In this document: piece after piece, positions 9,217 through 20,593 of the stretch
Layout of the letters: each line of letters starts with the position of its first letter
Position numbering within the stretch: position 1 is the first letter of the stretch
Position numbers and translations under genes: made by a program
From: Thermoflexus sp.
Lineage (GTDB): Bacteria; Chloroflexota; Anaerolineae; Thermoflexales; Thermoflexaceae
Direction: 5' to 3'
NCBI GenBank assembly: GCA_041641155.1
Contig: JBEPYX010000001.1
Span: 1 to 40,223, forward strand
DNA: 40,223 bases
Notes under the pieces: model-generated
Database searches by the model: none
What the model was told of the DNA's origin: nothing
The model's input: only the letters and a program-made list of their open reading frames with translations

Positions 9217-9561
9217 TCACAGAGGGACGTCTTGAGCGCTGGGGGAGGCGGAGCGATGCAGGTGGCACTCCCCGCAGCCGACCTCCGGGCGCCGCACCTC
9301 CACCAGGCGGAGGGTGCAGACGGCGTAGACCCGCACTTGCTCGCGCAATCCCAGCCACGTCTTCGCGACGCGGGCCTCCAGGGCCAGATACGGACAGGCG
9401 TTCGCGCGGACAATGCGGGGGACTGGGCATGTGGCGCACAGATAGGGCTTCCACGCCCCTCCGCCGGGCGTTCGCTCGATCAGGCGGCACGTCTGCGTCT
9501 GCCGCCCGCGATAGTAATCCTCAAAGTAAAATGGGCACTCCGCTCCATATGGCGTGCGCAC
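9217..9561 (-). CDS. Uncharacterised Cys-rich protein (8 Cys, two CxxC), putative metal or Fe-S binding
   Basis: GTG start after GGAGG, TATAAT at 9585-9590 (minus strand); CPFY, CRL, CATC, ANAC, VCT, CGECH. Confidence 0.75.
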   Translation of the reverse strand: MRTPYGAECPFYFEDYYRGRQTQTCRLIERTPGGGAWKPYLCATCPVPRIVRANACPYLALEARVAKTWLGLREQVRVYAVCTLRLVEVRRPEVGCGECHLHRSASPSAQDVPL

Positions 9562-9926
9562 GATTCGGCCTCCGTTCAAGGGGAATTATATCGCCGCCGC
9601 GTTCGCTATCCGGAGCTTGGCGGATCCCACCTCCACTTTGAAGGGCTGCGGATCCAGGCTCAGAGCCTCTGGATCGAGGGGATGTGTTAGGGGTCACCCG
9701 CTGACCCAATGGTTCTCCGACATCCGGGAACAGGGGGCTACGGCCGACCGCAGGGGCGATATCCCCCTTTGTGGAATTTTTGCCGGGCGCGGGCTATTCT
9801 TGTCTTGGGGCTGCGGCATGAGCGTGACCCTCCGAAGGGATGGCTTAGAGGATCGGGGGCATCCATTTGCGCCGGTGATGAGCAGGTGCGAGGGCCTTTG
9901 TTGGACGGGGAGAGGCAGCGGGGCGG

Positions 9927-10240
9927 GATCGGGCATGGGCGATCCCGGAGCGGGTGGAGCTGACGGAGTGGGTGGATCGTCCCGCGGAGAGCCTGCCGCT
10001 GGGCCTGCGGCGCATCGTGGAGATCGCGTGGGCCCTTGCTGCCGCTCCCGGATGACCCGTACGGGGTTGAGCCCTTTTCGGGAAAGCCCGCCGGGCCGAT
10101 TCGATCCGCCCCCTTCATCGGGAGGGCATGACGGCGCCCTTGGTGGAGCACGACGTGAACTTCGTGATGGGGCTGGCGAACAGGATCGCCGCCCTGGACT
10201 ACGGGCGGTTGATCGCAGAGACCCCTCGAAGATCGAGACA
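9927..10240 (+). pseudogene. Degraded LivG-type branched-chain ABC transporter ATPase remnant
   Basis: Manual translation gives DRAWAIPERVELTEWVDRPAESLPLGLRRIVEIAWALAAAPG*, then TGLSP, then LVEHDVNFVMGLANRIAALDYGRLIAE; Walker A and B are absent. Confidence 0.7.
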
Positions 10241-10310
10241 GGGCGGATCGTGCGGCAAGGGCTGGCCGCTCACCGCATCCCTGAACCCCCTTCGGCGGAG
10301 GTGCTTTCCG

Positions 10311-10814
10311 ATGCCCGTCTCACCCGAGCAGCTGCGCCAGGTGATGCGGCGGTGGGCGAGCACGGTGACCGTGGTGACGATGCGGGCGGACGATCAGCTC
10401 CACGGCCTCACGGCCACCGCCTTCACCAGTGTGTCCATGAACCCGCCCCTGGTCCTGGTCTGCATCCAGAACGACAGCCGGAGCGAGGCCCTGCTTCGGA
10501 AGGGGCGCTGTTTCGCGGTGAACTTCCTGGCCGAGGACCAGGCGGAGCTCTCCGAGCGGTTCGCCGGGCGGATCCCCGTCGCCGACCGATTCGAAGGGCT
10601 CTCCTACCGGACGGCGGTGACGGGCGCGCCCATCCTGGAGGCCGCCCTCGCCTACTTGGACTGCACCGTGGCCAGCGCGTACTGGGGGGGCGATCACACC
10701 ATCTACCTGGGCCTGGTGGAGGACGCGGGGATCCTACGGGAGGGATCTCCCCTGCTCTACTTCCAGGGCGCCTACCGACGCTTGGCACCCGAGGACGGAG
10801 GGGGAGCGTCATGA
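10311..10814 (+). CDS. Flavin reductase family protein (HpaC-like)
   Basis: LRQVMRRWASTVTVVT, GLTATAFTSVSMNPPLVLVCI, FAVNFL, GDHTIYLG, PLLYFQGAY; SD GGAGGT before ATG 10311. Confidence 0.9.
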   Translation: MPVSPEQLRQVMRRWASTVTVVTMRADDQLHGLTATAFTSVSMNPPLVLVCIQNDSRSEALLRKGRCFAVNFLAEDQAELSERFAGRIPVADRFEGLSYRTAVTGAPILEAALAYLDCTVASAYWGGDHTIYLGLVEDAGILREGSPLLYFQGAYRRLAPEDGGGAS

Positions 10815-11325
10815 AAACGGCGAAGCACCTGCGCGGCTCGCTGGTTCCCCTGGTCACCCCGTTCCGAAACGGGGCGGTGGACTGGGGGGATTTGCCAGGC
10901 TGATCGAGCAGCAGATCGCCGCCGGATCCTGTGGCCTAGCGATCAACCGGTACCACATGGGAGCTTAGCGTCCTCACTTGTGAGGAGCCGGCCGGGCTCT
11001 ACCGCCTCGCCGTCGAGGTCGCTCGGAGCCAGGTTTCGGTGATCGCGAGGACCGGGACCAACAACTTTGAGGAGACTGTACGCCTCTCTCAGGTGGCCCA
11101 AGCAGCGGGCGTGAACACGCTGCGGATGGTCGTCCCGTATGACATGCGGCCCTCCCCGGAGGGGCTCTTCCGCAACCGGCTGATCCACCGGATGGGACAG
11201 GATCTCCTAGTCTATTCGAGGATCGAGCGGCTTTGCTTCCCGGTGCTGGCCATCGGTAGGGCCGGCTACGCGAGCGTCACGGGGAACGTAGTTCCAGATC
11301 AAGTGACCCGGCTTTGCGAGCCGGC
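10811..11325 (+). pseudogene. DapA-family aldolase pseudogene (HpaI-like)
   Basis: MKTAKHLRGSLVPLVTPFRNGAVD /fs/ RLIEQQIAAGS /fs/ GTT.E...VIARTGTNNFEET...VVPY..RPSPEGLFR, an internal deletion, then LLVYSRIE.LCFPVLAIG.AGYASVTGNV; two frameshifts; catalytic Lys region and C-terminus lost. Confidence 0.75.
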
Positions 11326-11341
11326 AGCAGCCGACCGCGGG

Positions 11342-11493
11342 TCCATCAACGATCTCCGCCGGGCGACCTTCTGGGTCCATATCCACCCTGGTCATGGTTT
11401 GAGGAGGCCGCGCGGGTGGAACACATCCTCACGCGGGAGCTGATGCCCGTGCGTGACCTGTTACGGGCGGATCGCCCGGTGTTCGTGACGTGA
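11342..11493 (+). pseudogene. 3' remnant resembling homoprotocatechuate 2,3-dioxygenase (HpaD) C-terminus
   Basis: SINDLRRATFW /fs/ SWFEEAARVEHILTRELMPVRDLLRADRPVFVT*; resemblance to HpaD is from memory; its TGA overlaps the GTG of the next gene. Confidence 0.55.
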
Positions 11494-12305
11494 GCAATCC
11501 GGAGAGCCCTATGGAGGGGCCCGTCAGCCTTCGAATGGTCCGACGGATGTGGACGTTAGAGGAGGGCCTGACGCTGGCGGTGGAGGAAGGAGGGAACCCC
11601 CACGGCCAGCCGATTTTGCTCCTCCACAACGCCTGCAGCACCTTCCGGGCCACCTGGGGGCGGGTCCTGGAGCCGCTAGCTGTCCGCTTCCGGTTGATCG
11701 GGCCGGACCTGCGGGGGCACGGCGGCAGCACGAACCCGAGCGGCCGGCTGGATCTGCGGGAGATGGCCGACGACATGGCCGCGCTGCTGGATCGGATGGG
11801 GATCCCCTCCGGGCATGTGCTGGCCTTCAGCGGCGGGGCCTCGGTAGCCCTCTATCTTGCAACCCGGCATCGGGAGCGCGTGCGCTCGATGGTCCTCGTC
11901 GGCAGCCATTACACCGTGCGGGGGCTGCGCACGCGGGGGGACGCCTTCTGGGATCCCGAGCGGGTCCGCCGGGAGGAGCCGGCGTGGTGGGCGGCGATGA
12001 TGCGCTGGCACGGCTCCGCGGAGCGGGCCGAGGCGCTGCTGCGCGGATGGCAGGAGGAGGACCGCCACCGCCCCGACTTCACGCCCGACGACCTGCGGGC
12101 GATCGCCGTCCCCACCCTGCTGCTCATCGGGGAGAACGATCGCATCACCCCGATCGAGCAAACCATCTCGATGGCGCGCTGGATGCCCCGCGCCCGACTG
12201 GTGATCTTCCCCCAGACCGGCCACGACGTCATCCGTGAGCGCCCGGAGGCTTTCCTAGAGGCGGCAACGGCGTTCTGGGAGGAGATCCGGGAGGAGCAGG
12301 CCTGA
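11490..12305 (+). CDS. Alpha/beta fold hydrolase
   Basis: PILLLH, DLRGHGGS, nucleophile elbow AFSGGA, PTLLLIGEND, GH; GTGA overlap supports the start. Confidence 0.88.
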   Translation: MSNPESPMEGPVSLRMVRRMWTLEEGLTLAVEEGGNPHGQPILLLHNACSTFRATWGRVLEPLAVRFRLIGPDLRGHGGSTNPSGRLDLREMADDMAALLDRMGIPSGHVLAFSGGASVALYLATRHRERVRSMVLVGSHYTVRGLRTRGDAFWDPERVRREEPAWWAAMMRWHGSAERAEALLRGWQEEDRHRPDFTPDDLRAIAVPTLLLIGENDRITPIEQTISMARWMPRARLVIFPQTGHDVIRERPEAFLEAATAFWEEIREEQA

Positions 12306-12370
12306 GATCCACTTCCACCCGGCGCGCCCCTCCCGGAGGGGAGGGAAATTCCAGTCCATTCGCGAACGGA

Positions 12371-13699
<1,329 letters not shown>

Positions 13700-13811
13700 T
13701 CAGGGATAGCCCCTTAGAGAGGGAGCGCCTCACCTCTTCGCCCTGGGCGATCTCCGCGGTAGAATCGTCATCAGGAAGGGACCCCATGGCGTTCACAGGA
13801 GAGATGACCGG

Positions 13812-14294
13812 ATGGAATTCGGTGAGTGGCTTCGACGGGAACGGATGAAAGAGGAGTATCAGAAGTTCCGCCGCCGCTACCGCCATCTGGTCCGCGACCC
13901 CTACATCCTCCCGCCGGAAGAACGGGATGCCTTGATCATGGCCGCCGAGGATCGAGGGGCGATCTCCTCGGAGGAGGGCGATCAGCTGGAGGCGGCCGAC
14001 GTCATCGTCCGGGGTCAGCGGCGGGAAGGGGATGGAGAGGCCTACGCCGTGGTGGAGGTCGCCCCCGTGGTGCAGCCGGAGGACGTGGAACGGGCGGCGG
14101 CGCGGGCAGCCGCGCTGCGGAAGGCGCTGCCGGAGGCGGAGGTGCGGGCGGTGGTGGCGGGGCCGGAGATCCATCCCCGGGCGGCGGCCGCTGCCCGGGA
14201 GCGGGGGGTGTGGTGGCTGGCGGAGGGCCGCGCCTTTGCCCCTCACGAGATCCCGGAGCCGTCCGCAGGGGGATCAGAGGAGGCGCCGCCCTGA
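13812..14294 (+). CDS. Hypothetical protein with PD-(D/E)xK-like fold, probably N-terminally truncated
   Basis: ADVIVRG....AYAVVEVA.....[10 protein letters not shown]......AVVAG pattern; typical GC-rich codon usage. Confidence 0.6.
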   Translation: MEFGEWLRRERMKEEYQKFRRRYRHLVRDPYILPPEERDALIMAAEDRGAISSEEGDQLEAADVIVRGQRREGDGEAYAVVEVAPVVQPEDVERAAARAAALRKALPEAEVRAVVAGPEIHPRAAAAARERGVWWLAEGRAFAPHEIPEPSAGGSEEAPP

Positions 14295-14491
14295 ACCCGG
14301 TCGGGGGTTCCCTTCCCATCGAAGCTCTCGGAGACGACCCCCATCCCCCGAAGTGGATCCCCCTCCATCCGCTTCCCCGGGCTCAGGCGCCGATCGCGCT
14401 CCGTGCTTCCTCCTGCGCATGCGGGAAAATTATAGAGAAGGCCGATCTTTCCCCTCGCTCAAACACGTCCCGGGAACCGGGAGGACGGACG

Positions 14492-15829
14492 ATGACACCG
14501 GAGCTGATCGTCGTCGGCGGCGGGCTGGCCGGGTCGGAGGCAGCGTGGCAGGCGGCGCAGCGGGGGGTCCGGGTCTGGCTCTATGAGATGCGGCCTCACC
14601 GCTTCACCCCGGCCCACACCACCGAGTGGCTGGCGGAGATCATCTGCTCCAACTCGCTGGGCTCGGATGAGCTGGAGAACGCCTCCGGGCTCCTGAAGGC
14701 GGAGCTGCGGCGGCTGGGTTCCCTGTTGATGGCCTGCGCCGACCGCACGGCGGTGCCCGCGGGGAAGGCCCTAGCCGTAGACCGGGAGCTGTTCGCCCGC
14801 TGTGTCACGGAGCACATCGAGCGCCATCCCCGCATCACCGTCATCCGAGAGGAGGTAACGGAGATCCCGGACCGCCCGTGCATCATCGCCACGGGCCCCC
14901 TGACCTCCGACGCCTTCGCCGCGGCCATCCAGCGGCTTACGGGACAGGAGTATCTTTACTTTTACGACGCGATCTCCCCCATCGTGGCCGCTGATTCCAT
15001 TGACATGTCCATCTGCTTCAAGGGCTCCCGCTACGGGCGCGGGCAGGAGCCGGACGGGGATTACATCAACTGCCCGATGATGAAAGAGGAATACGAGGCC
15101 TTCGTAGACGCCCTGATCCACGCCGAGACGATTGAGTTACGGGATTTCGAGCGGGAGGACCCGCGCTTCTTCGAGGCGTGTTTGCCCATCGAGGTGCTGG
15201 CCAAGCGCGGGCGCGACGCCCTGGCCTACGGCCCCCTGCGGCCCACGGGGTTAATCGATCCACGCACCGGCCGCCAACCCTACGCGGTGGTCCAACTGCG
15301 GCGGGACAACCGGGCGGGGACGATGTATAGCATGGTGGGGTTCCAGACGAACCTGAAATGGTCGGAGCAGCGGCGGGTTTTCCGGATGATCCCCGGGCTG
15401 CAGAACGCGGAGTTCCTGCGCTACGGCCAGATGCACCGTAACACTTATATCAACGCCCCTGCCCTGCTGGAGCCGACCATGCAGTTCCGGGGACGCCCCG
15501 ACCTCTTTTTCGCTGGACAGATCACGGGAGCGGAGGGCTATGTCGGGAACATCGCCACCGGGCTGGTGGCCGGGGTCAACGCCGCCCGGCTGCTCCGAGG
15601 CCGGCCGCCCCTGGTGTTCCCCATCACCACGATGATCGGAGCCCTGTGCGATTACCTGGCCCGGGCCGATCCGAAGGACTTCCAGCCCATGAAGGCCAAC
15701 TTCGGCCTGCTCCCGCCGCTCGACCGCCCGGTCCGCGATAAGCGGGAGCGGGCGCGGGCCTACGCCCACCGCGCCCTCACCGACCTCGAGCGGTTCTGGG
15801 CGGAAAGCGGGGAAGCGGAAGGCCGATGA
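14492..15829 (+). CDS. trmFO: Folate/FAD-dependent tRNA (uracil-54) methyltransferase
   Basis: [60 protein letters not shown]; SD GGAGG. Confidence 0.96.
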   Translation: MTPELIVVGGGLAGSEAAWQAAQRGVRVWLYEMRPHRFTPAHTTEWLAEIICSNSLGSDELENASGLLKAELRRLGSLLMACADRTAVPAGKALAVDRELFARCVTEHIERHPRITVIREEVTEIPDRPCIIATGPLTSDAFAAAIQRLTGQEYLYFYDAISPIVAADSIDMSICFKGSRYGRGQEPDGDYINCPMMKEEYEAFVDALIHAETIELRDFEREDPRFFEACLPIEVLAKRGRDALAYGPLRPTGLIDPRTGRQPYAVVQLRRDNRAGTMYSMVGFQTNLKWSEQRRVFRMIPGLQNAEFLRYGQMHRNTYINAPALLEPTMQFRGRPDLFFAGQITGAEGYVGNIATGLVAGVNAARLLRGRPPLVFPITTMIGALCDYLARADPKDFQPMKANFGLLPPLDRPVRDKRERARAYAHRALTDLERFWAESGEAEGR

Positions 15830-15881
15830 CCGGCCTAGTGAGGGATTTTGCTGAGAGTCGCGACGCAGGGCCGGGCGTCCC

Positions 15882-18800
15882 TCACCTCCCCGCGTAGTAC
15901 TCCTGAAGGCTCTTCACGGTGAATCCGCGATCCCGCATCGCCCGGATGGCCTGGACGGCCGCGGCCGCCGCCGAGAGGGTCGTCAACAGCGGCACCCCAT
16001 AGCGCACCGCCGCCTGCCGGATGCGCATGCCGTCGGTGTAGGCCCGCGGGCCCAGCGGCGTGTTCAGGATCAGCTGCACCCGCCCCTCCCGGATGGCGTC
16101 CACGACATGCGGCGACCCCTCGCTGACCTTGTTCACCACCTCCACCGGAAGTCCGGCCCGCCGCAGGACCTCGGCCGTGCCCCGCGTGGCCATCAGCCGG
16201 AAGCCCATGCGGTGGAAATCCCGCGCGATCTTGAGCACGTTCCCCTTATCGAAATCGTTCACCGAGAGCAACACCGTCCCGCCCAAGGGCAGCGCGTCCC
16301 CCGCCGCCATCTCGGCCTTCGCGAAGGCGTGGCCGAAGCGCTCCGCCCACCCCATCACCTCGCCAGTGGACTTCATCTCCGGCCCCAGGACGGCGTCCGC
16401 GCCCGGCAGCTTCCGGAAGGGCAACACCGCCTCCTTCACGAAGAACGCCCGCACCTCGGGGGGACGGGTGAAGCCGATCTCCTCCAGGCTCTGACCCATG
16501 ATCACCCGGGTGGCGATCCGGGCCAGGGGGATGCCAGTGGCCTTGCTGATGAAGGGGACGGTGCGCGAGGCCCGCGGGTTGGCCTCCAGCACGTAGACGA
16601 TGTCGTCCTTGATGGCGAACTGGATGTTGATCAACCCTCGCACCTCCAAGGCCAGGGCGATGCGCTCGGTGTATTCCTCGATGATCTGGAGATGATAGCG
16701 AGAGATCTTGTAGGGCGGCAGGACGCAGGCGGAATCCCCCGAGTGCACCCCCGCCTCCTCGATGTGCTGGAGGATGCCTCCGATCACCACGTGCTTCCCA
16801 TCGGCCACCGCGTCCACCTCCGCCTCGTAGGCGTCCTCCAAGAAGCGGTCGATCAGCACCGGGCGCTCCGGCGAGACCCAGACGGCCTCTTGCATATAGG
16901 CCGTCAGGGTCTCGGCGTCGTAGCAGATGGCCATCGCCCGCCCGCCCAGGACGTAGCTGGGCCGGACCAGGACGGGATAGCCGATGCGCTCGGCCACGGC
17001 CAGCGCCTCGACCACGGAGGCCGCCGTCCCGTGTTCCGGCTGCGGGATGTCCAGGTCACGCAGCAGGGCGCTGAAACGGCCCCGGTCCTCCGCCAGATCA
17101 ATCGCGTCGGGGGAGGTGCCGAGGATCCGCACCCCTGCCCGATGGAGCGGCATCGTCAGGTTGAGGGCTGTCTGCCCCCCGAACTGCACGATCACCCCCA
17201 GCGGCCGCTCCCGCTCGACGATGTTCAGCACGTCCTCCAAGGTGAGCGGCTCGAAATACAGCCGGTCGGAGGTGTCGTAATCCGTGCTCACCGTCTCCGG
17301 GTTGGAGTTCACCATGATGGACTCGACCCCCAACTCGCGCAGGGCGAAGGCCGCCTGGCAACAGCTGTAATCGAACTCGATCCCCTGCCCGATCCGGTTG
17401 GGCCCGCTGCCCAGGATCACCACCTTGGGGCGATCCGTCGGCGGCGCCTCGTCGCTCTCCTCATAGGTGCTGTAAAGATAGGGGGTGTAGGCCTCGAACT
17501 CCGCCGCGCACGTGTCCACCTGGGCGTAGCGGGGGCGGATGCCCGCGGCCTCGCGGCGGCGGCGGACCTCGAGCTCCGTGCAGCCCCAGTAGGCGGCCAG
17601 CTGGGCGTCCGAGAAGCCATCCCGCTTGGCCTGGCGCAGCAGGGCCGCCGGGACGGTGGAGAGGGTGTAGCGGCGCAGCGTCCGCTCCCGCTCCACCAGC
17701 TCCGCCATCTGGGCCACAAACCAGGGATCGTAGCCGGTGAGGGCGGCGACCTCCTCCACCGACATCCCCTCCATCAGGGCGTCATGGACCGCCCGCAGGC
17801 GATCGGGGTGGGGGGAGGCCAGGGCCGCCCGCAGATCCGCCGGCCGCCGCTCCGGCGGGAACCCTTCGAACCCCTTCGCCCCCACCTCCAGCCCCCGCAT
17901 CGCCTTCTGCAGGGCCTCCCGGAAGGTCCGCCCGATGGCCATCACCTCCCCGATGGACTTCATCTGGGGCCCCAACGTGGGATCCGCGCCTGGGAACTTC
18001 TCGAAGGCCCAACGGGGGATCTTCACCACCACGTAGTCCAGGGCCGGCTCGAAGGCCGCCACCGTACGCCGGGTGATCTCGTTCCGGATCTCGTCCAGGG
18101 TGTAACCCACCGCCAGCAGCGCGGCCACCTTGGCGATGGGGAACCCGGTGGCCTTGGAGGCCAGGGCGGACGAGCGGGAGACCCGCGGGTTCATCTCGAT
18201 GACCCGCATGCGGCCGTCGCGGGGGTGAACCGCAAATTGGACGTTCGAGCCCCCCGTCTCCACCCCCACCGCGCTCATCACCGCGCGGCCCCAATCCCGC
18301 ATCCGCTGGTATTCCTTATCCGTCAGCGTCTGGGCGGGGGCGATGGTGATGGAATCCCCCGTATGGATCCCCATGGGGTCCAGGTTCTCGATGGCGCAGA
18401 CCACCACGAAGTTGTCGCGGCGATCGCGCATCACCTCCAGCTCGAACTCCTTCCAGCCCAACAGGGATTCCTCGATGAGGGCGGAGCCGACGGGGCTAAG
18501 GCGCAGGGCGAAATCCACCCGATCCATCAGCTCCTCGCGGGAGCGCGCGAGGCCCGCCCCCGTGCCGCCCAAGGTGAAGGAGGGGCGGATCAGCACGGGG
18601 TAGCCCACTTGATCCGCGAAGGCCACCGCCTCTTCCACCGAGCGGGCGAGGACGCTGCGGGGAACCTCGAGGCCAGCCCGCTCCATCGCCTCTTTAAACG
18701 CCAAGCGATCCTCCGCGATCCGGATCGCCTGCGGGGAGGCGCCGATCAGCTCCACCCCATACCGATCCAGCACCCCGGCCTCGTGGAGAGCCATGGCCAG

Positions 18801-19091
18801 ATTCAGAGCGGTCTGGCCGCCCAACGTAGGGAGCAGGGCGTCCGGTCGCTCCCGGGCGATGATCTGCTCGACGATCTCCGGCACCAGGGGCTCGATGTAG
18901 GTGGCGTCGGCGAGCTCCGGGTCGGTCATGATCGTGGCCGGGTTGGAGTTGACCAGGATCAGCCGGTAGCCCTCCCGCCGCAAGGCCTTGAGGGCCTGAG
19001 TGCCTGAATAGTCAAACTCAGCCGCCTGGCCGATGACGATCGGCCCTGACCCGATCACCAGGATGGATCGGATGTCCGTGCGCCGTGGCAT
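15882..19091 (-). CDS. carB: Carbamoyl-phosphate synthase large subunit
   Basis: [28 protein letters not shown], duplicated ATP-grasp halves, C-terminal MGS domain. Confidence 0.98.
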   Translation of the reverse strand: MPRRTDIRSILVIGSGPIVIGQAAEFDYSGTQALKALRREGYRLILVNSNPATIMTDPELADATYIEPLVPEIVEQIIARERPDALLPTLGGQTALNLAMALHEAGVLDRYGVELIGASPQAIRIAEDRLAFKEAMERAGLEVPRSVLARSVEEAVAFADQVGYPVLIRPSFTLGGTGAGLARSREELMDRVDFALRLSPVGSALIEESLLGWKEFELEVMRDRRDNFVVVCAIENLDPMGIHTGDSITIAPAQTLTDKEYQRMRDWGRAVMSAVGVETGGSNVQFAVHPRDGRMRVIEMNPRVSRSSALASKATGFPIAKVAALLAVGYTLDEIRNEITRRTVAAFEPALDYVVVKIPRWAFEKFPGADPTLGPQMKSIGEVMAIGRTFREALQKAMRGLEVGAKGFEGFPPERRPADLRAALASPHPDRLRAVHDALMEGMSVEEVAALTGYDPWFVAQMAELVERERTLRRYTLSTVPAALLRQAKRDGFSDAQLAAYWGCTELEVRRRREAAGIRPRYAQVDTCAAEFEAYTPYLYSTYEESDEAPPTDRPKVVILGSGPNRIGQGIEFDYSCCQAAFALRELGVESIMVNSNPETVSTDYDTSDRLYFEPLTLEDVLNIVERERPLGVIVQFGGQTALNLTMPLHRAGVRILGTSPDAIDLAEDRGRFSALLRDLDIPQPEHGTAASVVEALAVAERIGYPVLVRPSYVLGGRAMAICYDAETLTAYMQEAVWVSPERPVLIDRFLEDAYEAEVDAVADGKHVVIGGILQHIEEAGVHSGDSACVLPPYKISRYHLQIIEEYTERIALALEVRGLINIQFAIKDDIVYVLEANPRASRTVPFISKATGIPLARIATRVIMGQSLEEIGFTRPPEVRAFFVKEAVLPFRKLPGADAVLGPEMKSTGEVMGWAERFGHAFAKAEMAAGDALPLGGTVLLSVNDFDKGNVLKIARDFHRMGFRLMATRGTAEVLRRAGLPVEVVNKVSEGSPHVVDAIREGRVQLILNTPLGPRAYTDGMRIRQAAVRYGVPLLTTLSAAAAAVQAIRAMRDRGFTVKSLQEYYAGR

Positions 19092-19130
19092 AGATCCACC
19101 CCTACCCCGGATGCGATGGCGTGCTTCCAT

Positions 19131-19159
19131 CAAAGACAGGGGCCGCGGAAGGCGGCCCC
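19131..19159 (-). terminator. Terminator-like hairpin between carA and carB
   Basis: Minus strand GGGGCCGC-CTTCC-GCGGCCCC followed by TGTCTTTG. Confidence 0.45.
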
Positions 19160-19202
19160 CATCCCGTACACCCTTCGGTTGAGGGAAATGCCCGCTAAGC
19201 CA

Positions 19203-20330
19203 TCACGGGTCCCCGCTGACCATCTGGATCCACCGGTCGAACAGAGGGTCCGCATCGTGAGGGCCGGGGTTGGCCTCGGGGTGATATTGCACCGAGAACA
19301 CCGGGCGATCCCTCAGCGCCAGACCCTCCACCGTCCCGTCGTTGAGGTTCACATGGGTGATCACCGCCCGCCGCGGATCCAGCGTGTCGGGGTCCACCGC
19401 GTAGTTGTGGTTCTGGGCGGTGATCTGCACCCGGCCGGTGGCCTCGTCCCGGACGGGGTGGTTGCTTCCGTGGTGTCCGAAGGGCAGCTTGTAGGTACGG
19501 GCGCCGATGGCCTGGGCGATCAACTGATGCCCCAGGCAGATGCCGAACATCGGGATGCCTGTGTCGAGCAATTGCCGCACGGTCGCCACGATGCCCGGCA
19601 GCCCGGCCGGGTCCCCCGGCCCGTTGGACAGGACGATCCCGTCGGGCCGCATCCGGAGGACCTCCTCGGCGGGGGTGTAGGCCGGCACCACCGTCACCCG
19701 GCAGCCCCGGTCCACCAGCCGGCGGAGGATGGAGCGCTTGACCCCGAAGTCATAGACCACCACGTGACGGCGCGGCTGGGGGTCCGGCCGGAACCCGTGG
19801 GGCTGCCACCGGCCGGAGCCCTCGGTCCACTCGTAAGGCATTGTGCAGGTGACCGCCCGCACCATGTCCCGGCCCTCCAGGCCCTCCCAGGCGCGGGCCG
19901 TCTCCACCAGGGCCTCCGGATCCACGCCCTCCTCGGTGGAGAGGGCCCCTTTCATCGCTCCCTTCGTTCGGATCAGCCGGGTGAGCGCCCGGGTATCCAC
20001 CTCGCTCAATCCCGGGACGCCGTGGCGGGCCAGGTAGGCGTCTAGGGTCTCTCGGGCGCGCCAGTTGGAGACCACCGGGCTCAGGGCGCGGACGATGAAG
20101 GCGGCCACCTGGGGGCGATCGCTCTCCACATCCTCATCGTTGACCCCCACGTTGCCGATGTGGGGACATGTCATCACCACCATCTGGCCCCGATAGGAGG
20201 GATCCGTCAGGATCTCCTGATAGCCGGTCATCGCCGTGTTGAACACCACCTCGCCGACCACGGTGGCGCGCGCCCCGAAGGCCCGGCCGATGAAGACCGT
20301 CCCATCCTCCAGCGCCAGAATCCCCCGCAT
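19203..20330 (-). CDS. carA: Carbamoyl-phosphate synthase small subunit
   Basis: [42 protein letters not shown]. Confidence 0.98.
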   Translation of the reverse strand: MRGILALEDGTVFIGRAFGARATVVGEVVFNTAMTGYQEILTDPSYRGQMVVMTCPHIGNVGVNDEDVESDRPQVAAFIVRALSPVVSNWRARETLDAYLARHGVPGLSEVDTRALTRLIRTKGAMKGALSTEEGVDPEALVETARAWEGLEGRDMVRAVTCTMPYEWTEGSGRWQPHGFRPDPQPRRHVVVYDFGVKRSILRRLVDRGCRVTVVPAYTPAEEVLRMRPDGIVLSNGPGDPAGLPGIVATVRQLLDTGIPMFGICLGHQLIAQAIGARTYKLPFGHHGSNHPVRDEATGRVQITAQNHNYAVDPDTLDPRRAVITHVNLNDGTVEGLALRDRPVFSVQYHPEANPGPHDADPLFDRWIQMVSGDP

Positions 20331-20369
20331 CGCGCCTCCTCACGGGCGGAGGAACCCATTTGGGGCGGA

Positions 20370-20398
20370 ATCTTAATCTGGATCCCCTCCGGCGTCAA
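20370..20398 (-). promoter_or_regulatory. Sigma70-type promoter of carAB
   Basis: Minus strand TTGACG-17 bp-TAAGAT. Confidence 0.7.
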
Positions 20399-20534
20399 GA
20401 GGAAACAAAGATGAAGCAAGGGGTAGAAAAAGTCCGTCCGGCTATGCCCCACCGGCTGGAGACACCACCAAAGACAAAGGATCTTCCAGACCCTGAAGCC
20501 GCTGCGGGCCCTGGAGATCCCTGTTGTCGAAAAG

Positions 20535-20580
20535 TTGACGGGGCCGCGGTTCCCCCTTTATGCTGAGTGAGCACTCACTC
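20535..20580 (+). promoter_or_regulatory. Promoter and probable TetR operator
   Basis: TTGACG-18 bp-TATGCT immediately followed by the palindrome GAGTGAG-CA-CTCACTC (20565-20580). Confidence 0.75.
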
Positions 20581-20593
20581 GCATGGAGGTGCC

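Noticed and set aside
10128-10310. N-terminal extension of the flavin reductase suggesting an ABC-reductase fusion
   Set aside because: Chance in-frame livG remnant; a clear SD precedes ATG 10311
9554-10903. 449-aa ORF spanning the relic region
   Set aside because: Low-complexity Gly/Arg off-frame translation; only its last 30 codons (aldolase N-terminus) are meaningful
20331-20369. PyrR attenuator or ARG box before carA
   Set aside because: Leader too short, with no PyrR-binding motif, terminator or AT-rich ARG palindrome
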